Assembly (NCBI RefSeq): GCF_963506605.1
Contig: NC_083281.1
Span: 22,940,001 to 23,004,000, forward strand
DNA: 64,000 nt
Reading direction: 5' to 3'
From: Zootoca vivipara
Lineage: Eukaryota
Shown here in pieces: positions 36,901 through 49,213 of the stretch (position 1 is the first letter of the stretch; each line of letters opens with the position of its first letter). The translations under genes were made by a program, and so were the position numbers. A model generated the notes under the pieces. It was not told where the DNA came from. It worked only from the letters and a program-made list of their open reading frames with translations, and did no database searches.

Positions 36901-39900
36901 CCAGCGCTTCCTGCCAGGTATTGCCAAGTGGGTACCAAAGCATTCAAAGCACAGAGGCACGGGGATAGGAGAGACTAAGGCATCGCTAAGGGTGTGATGG
37001 TCACTAGCCAATAGGTGCAGGGGAACCTGTGCAACCGCAACCTGCAGAGTAATCACCGTTGCAATGGATGCACATGGTGTTGGTGGTGGGAAAACGTATT
37101 TCAAGGTTTTCTGAGTTGCTCTCCTATGTTTTTAAGACTGTGTATGTTTTGCAATAAAATACAATTGCAGAGCTGGTCTTTCTAGGCTAGACAGGCAAAG
37201 CACTCCAAAAACCTTTAGAGGCAACAGTTCCTTTAATTAAATGCTATCTGTTTTTTTGTTCTGACCATGTTACTTCTTCCTGCTGGATTCGTGATAAATT
37301 GCCTCTTGTTTGAGGGCTTCTGTTTCCTGCTTGGTGGGTCAGTAGGTTAATTACTAATTTCCTTGCATATTTTAATACTCCTTTTATAGTGAAAGAGAGC
37401 TATTTAGCCATAAAGGAAAGGAAAGGAAAAAACACGAAGGAAATAATTTGCTACTCTCCTCCGCTACAGTGGGGAACGGAAACTGACTAATATGGGGCAA
37501 TTAAGGGGCAATGCACCACTAACCCATATCCATGCAATAAAATGAGTGGAGCCAGCTAACTGGAAACTTCAAATTACAAGAGACCTTTGCTGAAAGGGGC
37601 TTACTTTTGAGTAGACATAGATGGATCTTGGCCATTGGCATCGCTGGATAATATAGAACTATATTAAGTTCTGTGTGAAATCTGTTTTAATTGCGCTTCC
37701 AGCTAATTGCAAAAAAAGGAACAGTGCCTCAATGCTAAAGGGCAGTGGATACTGTGGAAGCTATTCCACAGAACAGCAAAATAACACCCGCCATGCAAAT
37801 TTAAACATACACAGTGTATGGAGAAGCTGTAATATGTATTTAGTGAGATAATTTGTTGTTGTTTAGTCGTTTAGTCGTGTCCGACTCTTCGTGACCCCAT
37901 GGACCATAGCACGCCAGGCACTCCTGTCTTGCACTCCCTCCCGCAGTTTGGTCAAACTCATGTTCGTAGCTTCGAGAACACTGTCCAACCATCTTGTCCT
38001 CTGTCGTCCCCTTCTCCTAGTGCCCTCAATCTTTCCCAACATCAGGGTCTTTTCCAAGGATTCTTCTCTTCTCATGAGGTGGCCAAAGTATTGGAGCCTC
38101 AGCTTCACAATCTGTCCTTCCAGGGAGCACTCAGGGCTGATTTCCTTAAGAATGGATAGGTTTGATCTTCTTGCAGTCCATGGGACTCTCAAGAGTCCCA
38201 TGGACTGCAAGTTGGAGTTTAAAAGTTGGAGTTAAAAGTGGAGTAGTGTCCATTGGAAAACAATCTACAGTACTAGCTGCATTTCTTAGATCCAAAAATG
38301 GTCCTGTTGTGCATGGACATCACCTGATGATTGCTTCTCCAGGTGAAGAAACAGAACCCATCATAAAGGGGTGTGGAGGCAGTTCTTTTAAGGACACATT
38401 GGTGGCGTACCAGATCGGGAGAGATTTTGCCTTTGTTGAGCAAAAGGTCTGCAGCAGTTCCAACTGCAACAACAGGAGCTTCCCAGGTAAATGACAATTG
38501 CCGTGCTCTGATAACCTTCTGTCAGGTAGGTATAGGATCCTGCCTGTATGCCAAATAATAACAATCTAGGACACAGTCTGCAGGGAAGTTCCCCAGCACA
38601 AGCCCCATGGGAATGAACAGGAGAGCTGCAGGAGAGTCGTCGCGCCTCTTCCAAATTCATATTTTGAAAAATAGGAAATTCACGGAATGTTTAATTTCGG
38701 TAAAAATTGGATTTCACTGTTGTACTCATTTTTCAGAAGATAGAGGTCCTGTCTTGCGCCCAAGATTGAGGGGGTCCAGCGCATGGCACAAATGGGTGCA
38801 CATTGCATGCACTATTCTGTAAGGGATGCTTTAGCTGAGATTCCTGCATTGGCAGGGGGTTGGACTAGGTGACCCGTGGGCTCCTTTCCAACTCTATGAT
38901 TCTATGACTTCATGTGTATGATGTTGCATCATTGGAGGGGGGAGTCTGAGTGCGGAGCCCGGCGCAGAGGAGAGGGCCAGCAGAACTCCACTGGTGCAGC
39001 ATTGCGTAAAACTCAGCATTTCTGTAAGTCGCCTTGAGGCATTTTGGAGAAAAGTGACTTAAGAAATTGAATAGATCATCATCACTAAAGTCTCTCCCCC
39101 CCTTTTCTTTACTCTACAGTCATCACTTCCGGACAGCCCAATGGGCTGCAATGCTACACCTGCCAGGAGTCTGGGCATGGGGAGTGCACTCAGGACAGAC
39201 TGCAAGTTTTAAATTGCACAGGAGTCATGGATCAGTGTGTACATGTCTTCGACAGAGGTAAGGAAGCGGCAAGGGTGCGTATACAGAGGTGGCTGAGGAC
39301 TGGGATGCATGCCTGTTAGCCCGATCAGATGCTAAAGAGGGCACAGCTCCTTATCTCAAAGAGTTACAGAGAAGCATGGATCAGAAAAACTGCTGCTACA
39401 GGAATCCATCCTTTGGGACACACTGCTTGAGGGCCATGTGAAATTACCTTAAACAAGGAGGTTATTTGTTACATCTTTGTTCTGGCTTTGATCCCTCCCA
39501 ACCAGCATCTACAGTGACAGTGGTACCTCGGTTTTTTATTGTCTCGGAAGCTGAATGCCGAGTTTTGAATGCCAAAAACCCAGAAGTAAATGCTTCCGTT
39601 TTTGAACGCGCCTTGGAAGTCGAATGGCTTCCGCTGAGTTTTTTTCTCCATTGAATTTGCAGGCTGCCCTTTGCGCCTCGGTTTTCGAACACTTCAGAAG
39701 TCGAACGATCTTCCGGAACGGATTATGTTTGAAAACCGAGGGACCACTGTGCCAGGAGCAATTAATTCTGCAGCACCTCTCCGTCAGGTAGGAAATAACT
39801 CCTGACAGAGAGGATGCAGCCAAGTGACCTGTTCTCAGGGAAGGTGCCCCATTGCTTCTCTGTGTGAGTCGCTGTTCTTGGTGTTCCCTCTTTTAGGCAC

Positions 39901-42328
39901 ATCTGAACTCTGTTATTCATGCAGACACACAAGGAGCTGGGTTCCTTTGAGGACAGGAGATTCTTGCTTTTGTACCATCTCCACACCATAGACTTGAAAG
40001 TGGTTTTAACAACCAACCCTTTTACAGTGGTACCTCAGGTTACAGACAACTCAGGTTACATACCCCGGTAACCCAGAAATAGTACCTCGGGTTAAGAACT
40101 TTGCTTTAGGATGAGAACAGAAATTGTGCTGTGGTGGCGCAGTGGCAGCGGGAGGCCCCATTAGCTAAAGTGGTACCTCAGGTTAAGAAGAGTTTCAGGT
40201 TAAGAACGGACCTCCAGAACGAATTAAGTTCTTAACCTGAACTTGCAGGGAACCAGGCAGAGGGCCTTCTCGGTGGTGGCGCCTACCCTGTGGAACACCC
40301 TCCCATCAGATGTCAAAGAGAAAAACAGCTACCAGATTTTTAGACGACACCTGAAGGCAGCCCTGTTTAGGGAGGCTTTTAATGTTTAATTGATTATTTT
40401 ATTTCATTTTTCTGTTGGAAGCCGCCCAGAGTGGCTGGGGAAAACACTCCGGGAATTGTAGTGCTGTGAGGGTGGTAGGAGGGGGGGTCTCCTAACAATT
40501 CTCAGTACCCGTAAAAAACTACAGTTCCCTGGATTTTCGGCGGGTGAGGGGGAAACCTTGATAGTTAAAGTGTTATAAAAGTGTGGGTAAGCAAACATTC
40601 TGCAGTCTTCCTGTTTGGATGGATTAAGTGTGCCTCTCCAGCTTCAGAAATGTAGAAAGTGCCAAAGCAAAGGGTTTAGGTCGCCCTGATCCCAGATAAG
40701 TTTCCCACAGTGAAGCCTGCAGATTCTGGTCAATTTCACGCCCCCTGAAGACATCCTTTTAATTGCACCTCTGTATTGATTTGTGCTCCTGATGCTATCA
40801 AGGTGTTTGCACACGCTATCCCGTTTTCAATAGATTGAGCACACACTGCTTCACTTCCAATGAGTGCCTATCTCCGTAACTATTTCTGCCACAAATGTTT
40901 TTGTCCTGCTTTGGTTGAGCTTTAAAGCCCCTCCGGACAGCAAGGATGTGGCAGCATTGGGGAGGCATCACAGGGCAAATCCACCACAGATGCACCATCC
41001 TTGTGTTAAGAACATGTTGCAGAATACACCTGCAATAAAACACCGTTTCTTGGAGGGACCCTCAATTTCTCACTCATTCTTTACGTGTAGGAAATGGCTT
41101 AATATAAGAGGACCATTTCGCCCTCTATTGGCCATAGGTGGAATGTGATGCAGGTTTTACGCTGCTCTAAAATGCAGTGGGGAGCCATCAGTACCTTGGT
41201 TTTCGAACAGCTTAGTTCCTGAAAGTTTTGGCTCCCGAACATCACAAACCCGGACGTGACTGTTCCAGTTTGCGAACTATTTTTGGCAGTGCTTCCCCCC
41301 CCAAAAAAAATGTTTAGGGGTACTCTCCTTTCCCTACTCATATTGAAATACTTCATTCATTATAGACATAAGAAGAATTTATCTTGATCTGATGTAACCT
41401 ATATTACTGTTTTTACTTTTTGGATGAATTTTTGTTCATTATTTCTTTTTAATTTCAATAAAGCATGAAAGAAAGAAAGAAATACTGCCCCTCGATGAGG
41501 CCAAAGTTAGATTCACAAAATGTTTAGGGGTATGTGTCCCTCCGCATCCCCCAAGAAAAAAAGCACTGATTTTTGGAAGCTGAACAGCCGACGAGGCTTC
41601 TGAGGTTTCTGATTGGCTGCAGGAGATTCCTGCAGCCAATCAGAAGCTGCACTTTGGTTTTCAAATGTTTTGGAAGTCGAACGACTTTTGGAACAGATTC
41701 CGTTCGACTTCCAAGGTACGACTGTATCTCTATTTGGCCTTCATAGAATCATAGAATTCTAAAGTTGGAAGGGACCACAAGGGTCATTTAGTCCAACCCC
41801 CCCCGCGCCGCAATGCAGAAATTTTCTCATTGTGGGACTCGAACCCATGACCCTGAGGTTAAGAGTCTCAAGCTCTGCAGAACTATCCCCAGGCTACGTC
41901 TCTCTCTCTTTGGCTTGTCCTTGAACTCTTATAATGGAGAGGGTTGTTTAAGTGTGGGTAGAAACTACTGTAGCCTACCCTACAAGGCGAAGCTTCCATT
42001 AGTTGCCCCGCCCACTTTCCCCTCTGGCTCCACCCACTGCTGCCATGCGACCCTCAGAAGATTGCCCAGAAGGGAATGTGGCCCTCGAAAAATCCCCAAA
42101 ACCTGTCTTCCTTCTTTTCCAGAGAACAGAACTGTGACCTTTCAGAAAGGCTGTGCCACCGAGACCATGTGCAGCAGCTACAAGGATATCTATTCCAAAC
42201 TGATGGGGCTGGATTCCTTTGTCGAGTGTTGCAAAACGTCCCTCTGCAACCAAGCCAGAGAGCATTCTGGTCCAGAAATGCTACTAATGGTGTCTGCTTC
42301 TGCCTGGTGGCTGGCATGGATGGCTTGA
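30928..42328 (+). CDS. uPAR/PLAUR-like GPI-anchored protein with three Ly6/uPAR domains (gene A), 7 exons, ~310 aa
   Basis: Exons 30928-30976 (signal peptide MKFQLSLVIFIFCLGA), 32397-32516, 33254-33388, 36777-36917, 38343-38486, 39120-39257 and 42123-42328. All introns are phase 1 GT-AG; 933 nt open. LU cysteine patterns are present (10/8/10 Cys) and the C-terminus is hydrophobic (MLLMVSASAWWLAWMA). The exon plan is that of PLAUR. Confidence 0.88.
32808..32970 (+). mobile_element. Sauria SINE 5' portion
   Basis: tRNA-like head GGTGGCGCTGTGGGTTAAACC...GGTTCGAATCCC, then GGGGTGAGCTCCCG...GTGCAAGTAGATAAATA. Confidence 0.8.
33809..33979. mobile_element. Tc1/pogo-type MITE followed by (AAAC)n
   Basis: TA-CAGTCATACCTC...GAGGTACCACTG-TA. 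Confidence 0.8.
34268..34525 (-). mobile_element. L2 3' fragment
   Basis: Same family as 7545-7830. Confidence 0.75.
34920..36225 (-). mobile_element. 5'-truncated L1/Tx1-clade LINE (ORF2 C-terminus plus 3' UTR)
   Basis: An uninterrupted frame encodes RWHLTPEKL...CWKCQEKTGTYFHCWWEC (CCHC zinc knuckle). The 3' UTR has (GTTAT)n, AATAAA and an A-rich tail at ~34920-34950. Confidence 0.88.
37854..38195 (-). mobile_element. BovB (RTE) LINE 3' fragment
   Basis: Encodes VPWTARRSNLSILKEISPECSLEGQIVKLRLQYFGHLMRR...RGRQRTRWLD; (CAA)n tail. Confidence 0.92.
39518..39749. mobile_element. Tc1/pogo-type MITE
   Basis: CAGTGGTACCTCGG...CCGAGGGACCACTG termini. Confidence 0.7.
40025..40441. mobile_element. 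Truncated Tc1/pogo MITE joined to an L2 3' fragment
   Basis: 40025-40240 matches the 14485 MITE family; 40241-40441 is L2 on the + strand. Confidence 0.7.
41741..41890 (-). mobile_element. tRNA(Lys)-derived SINE with CR1-type tail
   Basis: Minus strand: GAGACTCTTAACCTCAGGGTCATGGGTTCGAGTCCCAC...GGTCCCTTCCAAC...ATTCTATGATTCTATG. Confidence 0.75.
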
Positions 42329-43241
42329 CAATAATGGCAGCTGTCTAGGTGAGCCTTCAAAAAAGGATCGGGCCAGTCTTTGAAGGTTGGTTGTATACAT
42401 GGGAAGAGGTCTCGCTGGCTACTGGGGCTCCTTTATCTGCTTGGAAGTAGGTGGCACTGAAGCACTGCTCCCCTACTGTCTATATGCCATGCCAAGACTG
42501 GATTACTGCAATGTGCAGCATGTGGGGCTTTCCTTGTGCTTGATCTGGAAGCTGCAGTGAGTGCAGAATGCTGCGGCAAAAGACTTAAGACCCCGGTCAG
42601 CAGAGGACACCTTTGTTCAGAGGCCTGCAGTGGTTGCCAATTTGCTGCTGGGCCAAGTTCAAAGAGTTACTATTGGTATATAAAGCCCTTAACAAATTGG
42701 AACAAATTGGAACCAGTTTACCTGTGAAATCGTCTTACCCCACATCTTGTATGCCTGCTTGACTGCTTCGATTACAGATGCCACAAAATATTTGTAAGAA
42801 ATCGACCTTTTTCTGTGGCAGCATCCCTGCCTATTGACATCAGCTAGCAGCCTTCATTGTTCTATTTTCAGTGCCTGCTAAGACCCTTTTTGCTTAAGCA
42901 AGCCTACCCAGATATGTAGATATGTGTTTTAATCTTTTTTTTAGCTCATTGTTGATTTTATTATTTTTTGAATATTTTAAATAGCTGTTTTTACTGATAA
43001 TTTTTTTTTAACAATCAAGTGGTATGGAAATTTTATGAACTAAATAAACAATAAATAAAACATACAATGTCAAAATAGGGTGCTTTGGGAGGGGCGGCTC
43101 CCACACCTACAGTTCACATGCAATGCCGTTTCTTGGCTAGAGTGGGCATTTGATTTCTAAGCGTCTCATCTTCTCACTGCCTGCATGAGGGACATCCATG
43201 CAGGCTCACAGATACAAGTCTCAAATGTGGCTGTGTTAAGG

Positions 43242-43508
43242 GTTGTTGTTGTTTAGTCGTTTAGCCATGTCCGACTCTTCGTGACCCCATGAACCAGAGC
43301 ATACCAGGCACTCCTGTCTTGCACTGCCTCCCGCAGTTTGGTCAGACTCATGTTGGTAGCTTCGAGAACACTGTCCAACCATCTCGTCCTCTGTCGTCCC
43401 CTTCTCCTAGTGCCCTCAATCTTTCCCAACATCAGGGTCTTTTCCAGGGAGTCTTCTCTTCTCATGAGGTGGCCAAAGTATTGGAGCTTCAGCTTCACGA
43501 TCTGTCCT
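43242..43508 (-). mobile_element. BovB (RTE) LINE 3' fragment
   Basis: Encodes GQIVKLKLQYFGHLMRREDSLEKTLMLGKIEG...; nearly identical to the 37.9-kb copy. Confidence 0.92.
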
Positions 43509-44167
43509 TGTGTTAAGGGACACCTCAACAAAAACCAAAGCCTGTAGGTTGGGAAGACAAAATATTACCTTTTCCAGGTTCACAATCATTCTCATGATTT
43601 CTGCTGGATGTTTCCACACTATATTTCTATTGGATGATTCTGCACCATGGGAAGGACGGTTTGCTTAACTCCAGATTATTAGAAATCTGGAAAGTTGCTA
43701 TTCCACAGGCCAAAAGCAGAACAGCAGATGTGTCATCCACATCTAGAAGGACCCGCTGTTCAATATTGCCAACAATTAAGAGATTTAGATCCTGATAAAA
43801 AAAAAACCTTCAAGTTGTCAGAGAGCACCATTCTGAGTGCAGCGTTGCTTGTCATTACGGCAAGTCCCGTTTTTTGGAGAGGCTTCAACCATTCAGCCCC
43901 CCCCCCCCCCGGAACTGAAGGCCACTTGAAAGAAGGAACACTGGTGGCAGTGTTTACTTTTACCTCTTATTAAACAAGTTGCTTTAGTTTTTAATTTTGC
44001 TGCTCTAAAACCCTGCAAAACCAGTTTGGCCACAGTGACAGTGAGCCTAAGGAATTATGCATATATATTATGGCAAGCGAAACCTGACGGAGACGCCAGC
44101 CCAATAAATTAGTTCTGCAAGTGTTTGTGTGTATGAGGTAAGATATAAGTGTGTGTGCGTGCACGTG

Positions 44168-44171
44168 CACA

Positions 44172-44229
<58 letters not shown>
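44168..44229. repeat. Compound (CA)n(GA)n microsatellite
   Basis: Seen directly. Confidence 0.9.
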
Positions 44230-44234
<5 letters not shown>

Positions 44235-44967
44235 TGTGTGTGTGGAACACGGGAGGTTGCTTATGCCACAAGACAAACTATTGACTTATCTGTGTTTTCT
44301 GTGGCTCTGACTGGCAGCAGTTATCTAGGGCTTCAGGTAAGCATAGCTGCCAAGTTTTCCCTTTTCTCGTGAGGAAGCCTATTCAGCATAAGGGAATTTC
44401 CCTTAAAAAAAGAGAGAACTTGGCAGCTATGGGTAAGTGACTTTCCCAACTCCACCTGGAGATGCCAGGAATTGAACCTGCGATATTTTGTATGCAAAGT
44501 AGATGCTCAGTCACTGAGCTGCAGCCCTTACATTTCTTAAATGTGCGCGCGCACGCACAGGCCTGCTCCATCCCTCCTAACATTTGGCAGTGGGAAATAA
44601 TTACGACTTGTTTGTGTTAGCAAGCCACTGGTGGATGAAGAGGAGTGAGAGGGGAGCACACCGCCCCCAGCAGCGCGATCCCTGCCTGCTCTCCGCCCCC
44701 CCCCCCCGGTGCCGGAGCATGAAGCTCCGCCACTGTAGCAAGCCAAGACAATGATGTGTTCCTATGGGATCCGATGCCAGCTTTTGGCAAAGACCGTCAG
44801 AAGTATTAGTTTCAAAATAGGCTCACTTACGGCTACAAATGCACACCTCCCTCCTGTTTAGCATTTGCTTTGCATGCAGAAGGTCTCAGGTTCAGTCCTT
44901 GCCATTTCTCGGTAGGTCTGGGAGAAAATATTGCCTGAGATCCCGGACAGCTGCTGCAGAATTATCA

Positions 44968-45112
44968 AGTTATAGAACTGCAGCGTTGGAAGGGACCATG
45001 AAGATCATCTCGTCCAACTGCCTGCAATGCAGGAATTTTTTTGCCCAACATGGGGCTTGAACCCACAACGCTGAGATTAAGAGTCTCATGCTCTACTGGC
45101 TGAGCTATTCCA
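44968..45112 (-). mobile_element. tRNA(Lys)-derived SINE with CR1-type tail
   Basis: Minus strand: GGAATAGCTCAGCCAGTAGAGCATGAGACTCTTAATCTCAG...GGTTCAAGCCCC...GGTCCCTTCCAAC. Confidence 0.75.
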
Positions 45113-47723
45113 ACATACTAAGCTAGATGGATCAGTAATTTGACTCAATATAAAGCAGCTTCCTATATTCCTATTTTATTAAATGATGTCTCTCTCCCCC
45201 ACTCCCACCCAAAAGGCATGTTTTTGGATTTTCAAAACCCAAAGCGCACAGGGACTCTCCTAAATCTCTGGCGGAGCTCTTTCCCTGCCTTGTCACTTGG
45301 GATCCTTTCTAACTGGCCGAGAGAGAAGAATGATGGTAAGGAGAGAGACCCAAGGGCCAGAAAGAGACATGGCAGGTTGCATTCCACACACACCCTGGGT
45401 GTGAGGTTCTCCTCCCCAGCAATAGGACATAAGGAGAGTTTTGCTGGATCAAACCAAAGGCCCATCTAATCCATTGCTGTTCTCACAGTGCCCAACCAGA
45501 TGCCTATGGGGAGCCAGGAAGCCGGGCCTGAGCACAACTGCATTCTCCGCACCTGTGCATCTCAGAAGCTGGCTTTCAGAGGCATACTGTGGGTGTAGAA
45601 CAGTCACCTTGGCTAGCAGCCATTCTTAAAAGGGTGAGAGAAGTTGGTTGGGAGTTCCTGCGTAACAAACCCACTTTGGGTTGTGCAAGAAGGAAAGTGA
45701 TGGGAAGATGTGCTGGAAAGTGTCTGACACTTCCTGTGATGCAACGGCATCTCACCTCCGCACAGAAAGGAGGCTCATTAAGCAGCCAACACAGTCTCCA
45801 ACCTCCCTGCAAACAAATCAGGGTGGATGATCGACGAACAACTTCTCTGGAAGTTCGGCACCTAACCACGGCGTAGTCTTTGTGCAAGCAAGACAGGGAA
45901 GAGCCTTAGTGCATTGTCTCCCAACCCCCTTTGGAAGCTGCTCCTTCGCTTACAGATGTGGATTAAAACCATCAGGGCTGAGCTGCAGCCAAACAGCATG
46001 TTTCATAAAAAGGCTGTACCCTCCCATGATGCAAGGTAATTAGGATAATAATGAGGCACAGCAACCTACTGGGTTTGGGGGAGGGCCCTCGTTAACTCTG
46101 GAAGATGAAAAAATGACTGTGGGAACTGTGCCGAGAGCTTGGAATCAGAGTGGTGTTTTTTGGCAAAGCAGAGCGGAGTTGGCTCCGGAACAGTCGCTGG
46201 CATCTGGTTATTTTTAGGGCGGTTTCAGCCCTTCCTCCTCAAAGGAGGAAGGAATGCAGGGAAGTGGGAAACTGAGTCACTCCTGAAGAGAAGAGGATGG
46301 TATCTCCAGCCAGAAAGCCTTGCATCTCAAAGCAGAGTCCAAGGTAAGAGAGAGACCTTGGTTAGGGAGGAACCTAGGGCACCGCTTCCCCCAAAGAATT
46401 GTGGGAACTGTAGTTTCTTAAGGGTTCTGAGAGCTGCTAGGAGGCCCTTTATTCCTCTCACAGAGCTACAATTCCCAGAGTCCTCTGTGAAGATGGGTAT
46501 GGTCTCTTTGGGAGGGGAACAGTTCTCAGTACCCTTAATCGACGACAGCTCCCTAAATGCTTTGGGGGAAGCCATGGCTAATTTAAAGCTCTATCAAAGC
46601 AATGTAAACGTATGGTGTGAATGTGGCCCTTGTTTGCCCTTCTTGATCTTAACAAGGAACTATTGACAAGCTTATGAGGACCCCCACCCCCCAGTTCTGA
46701 GGAACAGACACAGAAAACTCTAAACCTTCAAAGCCAAGATCCACCCGTCAACTTGCAATATAGCAACTGTTTTAAATATTGTTACTCCATGTGCTGTTTT
46801 GGGCTTAACTGGTCACCCCCACCCCCCTTTCTCTCTGGGTGCTTCCAGATACCGTAGGTATCTATCATGGGGGCACTTCAAGTGTGCAACACTTTTTAAA
46901 AAACAGCATCTGCAGGGCATTGTTGGCAATTTAATTTGAATTTACCCTTTCCGGGAGAAATCAAGCAAGGGACCCTTGAGGCTGGCGTCTTACTGTGGAT
47001 GTATTCTGCAACACAGTCTTGACACAACAATAGTGCATTCATGCTGAATTTATTATTGCTGTCCAGAAGGGCTATGGTGCAACAAATAGCAGAAGGAAAG
47101 CAAACCAGAACATTTGTGGTGTAAAAAGTTATGGGATTTCACTAGGAAGTTGCGGGCTAGGCACTGATTGGATAGGAAGCTGTATGATCACCCCAAAACC
47201 TTTGCAGGCACAACCAGTGTTGAAATCACGATTGCGCATGACCATCCCAATAGCAACATGAGCGCAAGTTGTCATGCATGTGCATGGATATCCTGGGACC
47301 TTCAGTTAAAAAGAAACAAACTGTTGCCAACACCCTACTCGCAATATGTGAATGGCCCTTTTACTATAAGTTGTCTTAAGCCATTTTTAATGTTGCATGT
47401 TAAATTATTGCAAATCATCACCATCCCCTGCCTGGAAGTGACCTCTGGGATCATCCAGAATTCTGCTTGTCGTGTCTCTTCCCCCCTGGGAAAAACCACT
47501 CTTTACTGCTCAACATTTGCTCCGATTCTGCGCTAAAGAGAGGGCTTTCCCGGGAAAGCAGCAGGGCAAACAAAAAACTGCTCAGACACATGCCTATAAA
47601 GCACGGGACAATTGGAGAACTACTTGGACCCAAGCTTTCAAGGCATGGGACAAGCAGGAGTGTGGATGCGCCCTTAGTCAGCCTCCTTTCTGTATTTCGC
47701 CATCCATCTTCATTCATTTATGC

Positions 47724-47859
47724 CAGGCACCCCCAAACTTGGCCCTCCAGATGTTTTAGAACTACAATTCCCATCATCCTTGACCACTGGTCCTGTTAGC
47801 TAGGGATGGTGGGAGTTGTAGTTCCAAAACATCTGGAGGGCCGAGTTTGGGGATGCCTG
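47724..47859. mobile_element. hAT MITE with 8-bp TSD
   Basis: CAGGCACCCC...GGGGATGCCTG; TSD ATTTATGC. Confidence 0.88.
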
Positions 47860-48064
47860 ATTTATGCAGTTATATTTTTCCCCTGTCCTCCCTCCTGTTT
47901 TATCATTTCAACAACCCTATGGGGTAGGCTGGGTTGAAAGTGAGAATCTGGCCCAACATCACCAAATTTGCTTTCAGGATGAGCAGGAATTTGAACCTGG
48001 ATTGCCCTGGGACTCCCCAATCCTCCCCACTTTTCCTTTGTCCCAAAGATGCTTTTATGATGTA

Positions 48065-48314
48065 CAGTCGTACCTTGGTTTGCAAACGCCTTGCGAGTCA
48101 AACATTTTGGCTCCCAAATGCCACAAACTCGGAAGTGATTGTTGCAGTCTGCAAACGTTCTTTGGAACCCGAACATCGGGCGCGGCTTCTGTGGCTTCTG
48201 ATTGGCTGCAGGAGCTTCCTGCAGCCAATCGGAAGCCATGCCTTGGTTTCCGAATGTTTTGGAAGTCAAACGGACTTCCAGAACGGACTCCGTTTGACTT
48301 CCGAGGTACCATTG
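48065..48314. mobile_element. Tc1/pogo-type MITE
   Basis: TA-CAGTCGTACCTTGG...CCGAGGTACCATTG-TA. Related copies lie at ~20876, 41190-41724, 53503-53742, 55694-55943 and 59607-59851. Confidence 0.8.
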
Positions 48315-49213
48315 TATTGGGATGACCCATCTTCAGTCAGATTGCAGCTCATTTGCCTGTGCAACCCCTCATCCGAATAATAATAATAATAATAATAATA
48401 TTATTTCTACCCCATCCATCTGGGGTTATAACGAATGTTAGAAAGTTTTTTTTTTGGGGTGGGGAAAAGTAGGGGGGAAATCTTCCAGGGAGAGTGTATT
48501 TAAAGCCTTGCCTTTTCTGGCCAAACTAGAGACACTGCAAGGTTGGAGCTTGCAATCTGCTACTGCCGAAGATGGTCCTGCCAAGAAACAGACCAGCCGC
48601 TGGCGTGAAATCTGCAGAAATGAATTAGAAATTAATCTCCCTGGATCCGAGGCTGGAACTAACCCAGCTGTGCCACTGATTTCCAAGCCATTTATTTGGT
48701 TTTCTGCCTGCTTATTCCCCTCCCTCCCTCCCAACTTTCTGAAATGAGTTGAGAGAGGCAGCCGCTACAAAAAAGGGAAATACAAAACGTGACGTTAAAA
48801 GTCCTTTTCACACTCAAGGGGGTGGCTCAGGGGCCATGAGAGATGGCCTGGTTTTTCCATCACATAATCTTATTAAAGCTCCCGGAGCAAGTAATCCCGA
48901 GTGGTTGCACCGGACGTGGGTGGAAATTTAAGGAAGCAAACAGCTTGACCTCTTGTGGGCTGCGTCCTTTTGAGTTGTTGTGGGAGGGTTGGCGAAGTTC
49001 ATTGAAACCTGGCAGGGCTAAGAAGGACGGCCTTATGGGTAGGAAGAGTTCCAGAAGTCCTGCTCCCATCACGTTACCAAAGAAAGACACACCTGGGTGA
49101 TGCAGGTGGGGCACTGCTAACCTGGGACAGAGCAATTGCCTTTCTGCGGCAGCTGATCTAAAGGAGTTTGGCATTTGGGACGGGGGCAGACGGGCGAAGA
49201 AGGCATTTGTGGT

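Noticed and set aside
46139-46666. 175-aa ORF with an internal AAG|GTAAGA donor
   Set aside because: The second half is an interspersed repeat, and no partner exons were found.
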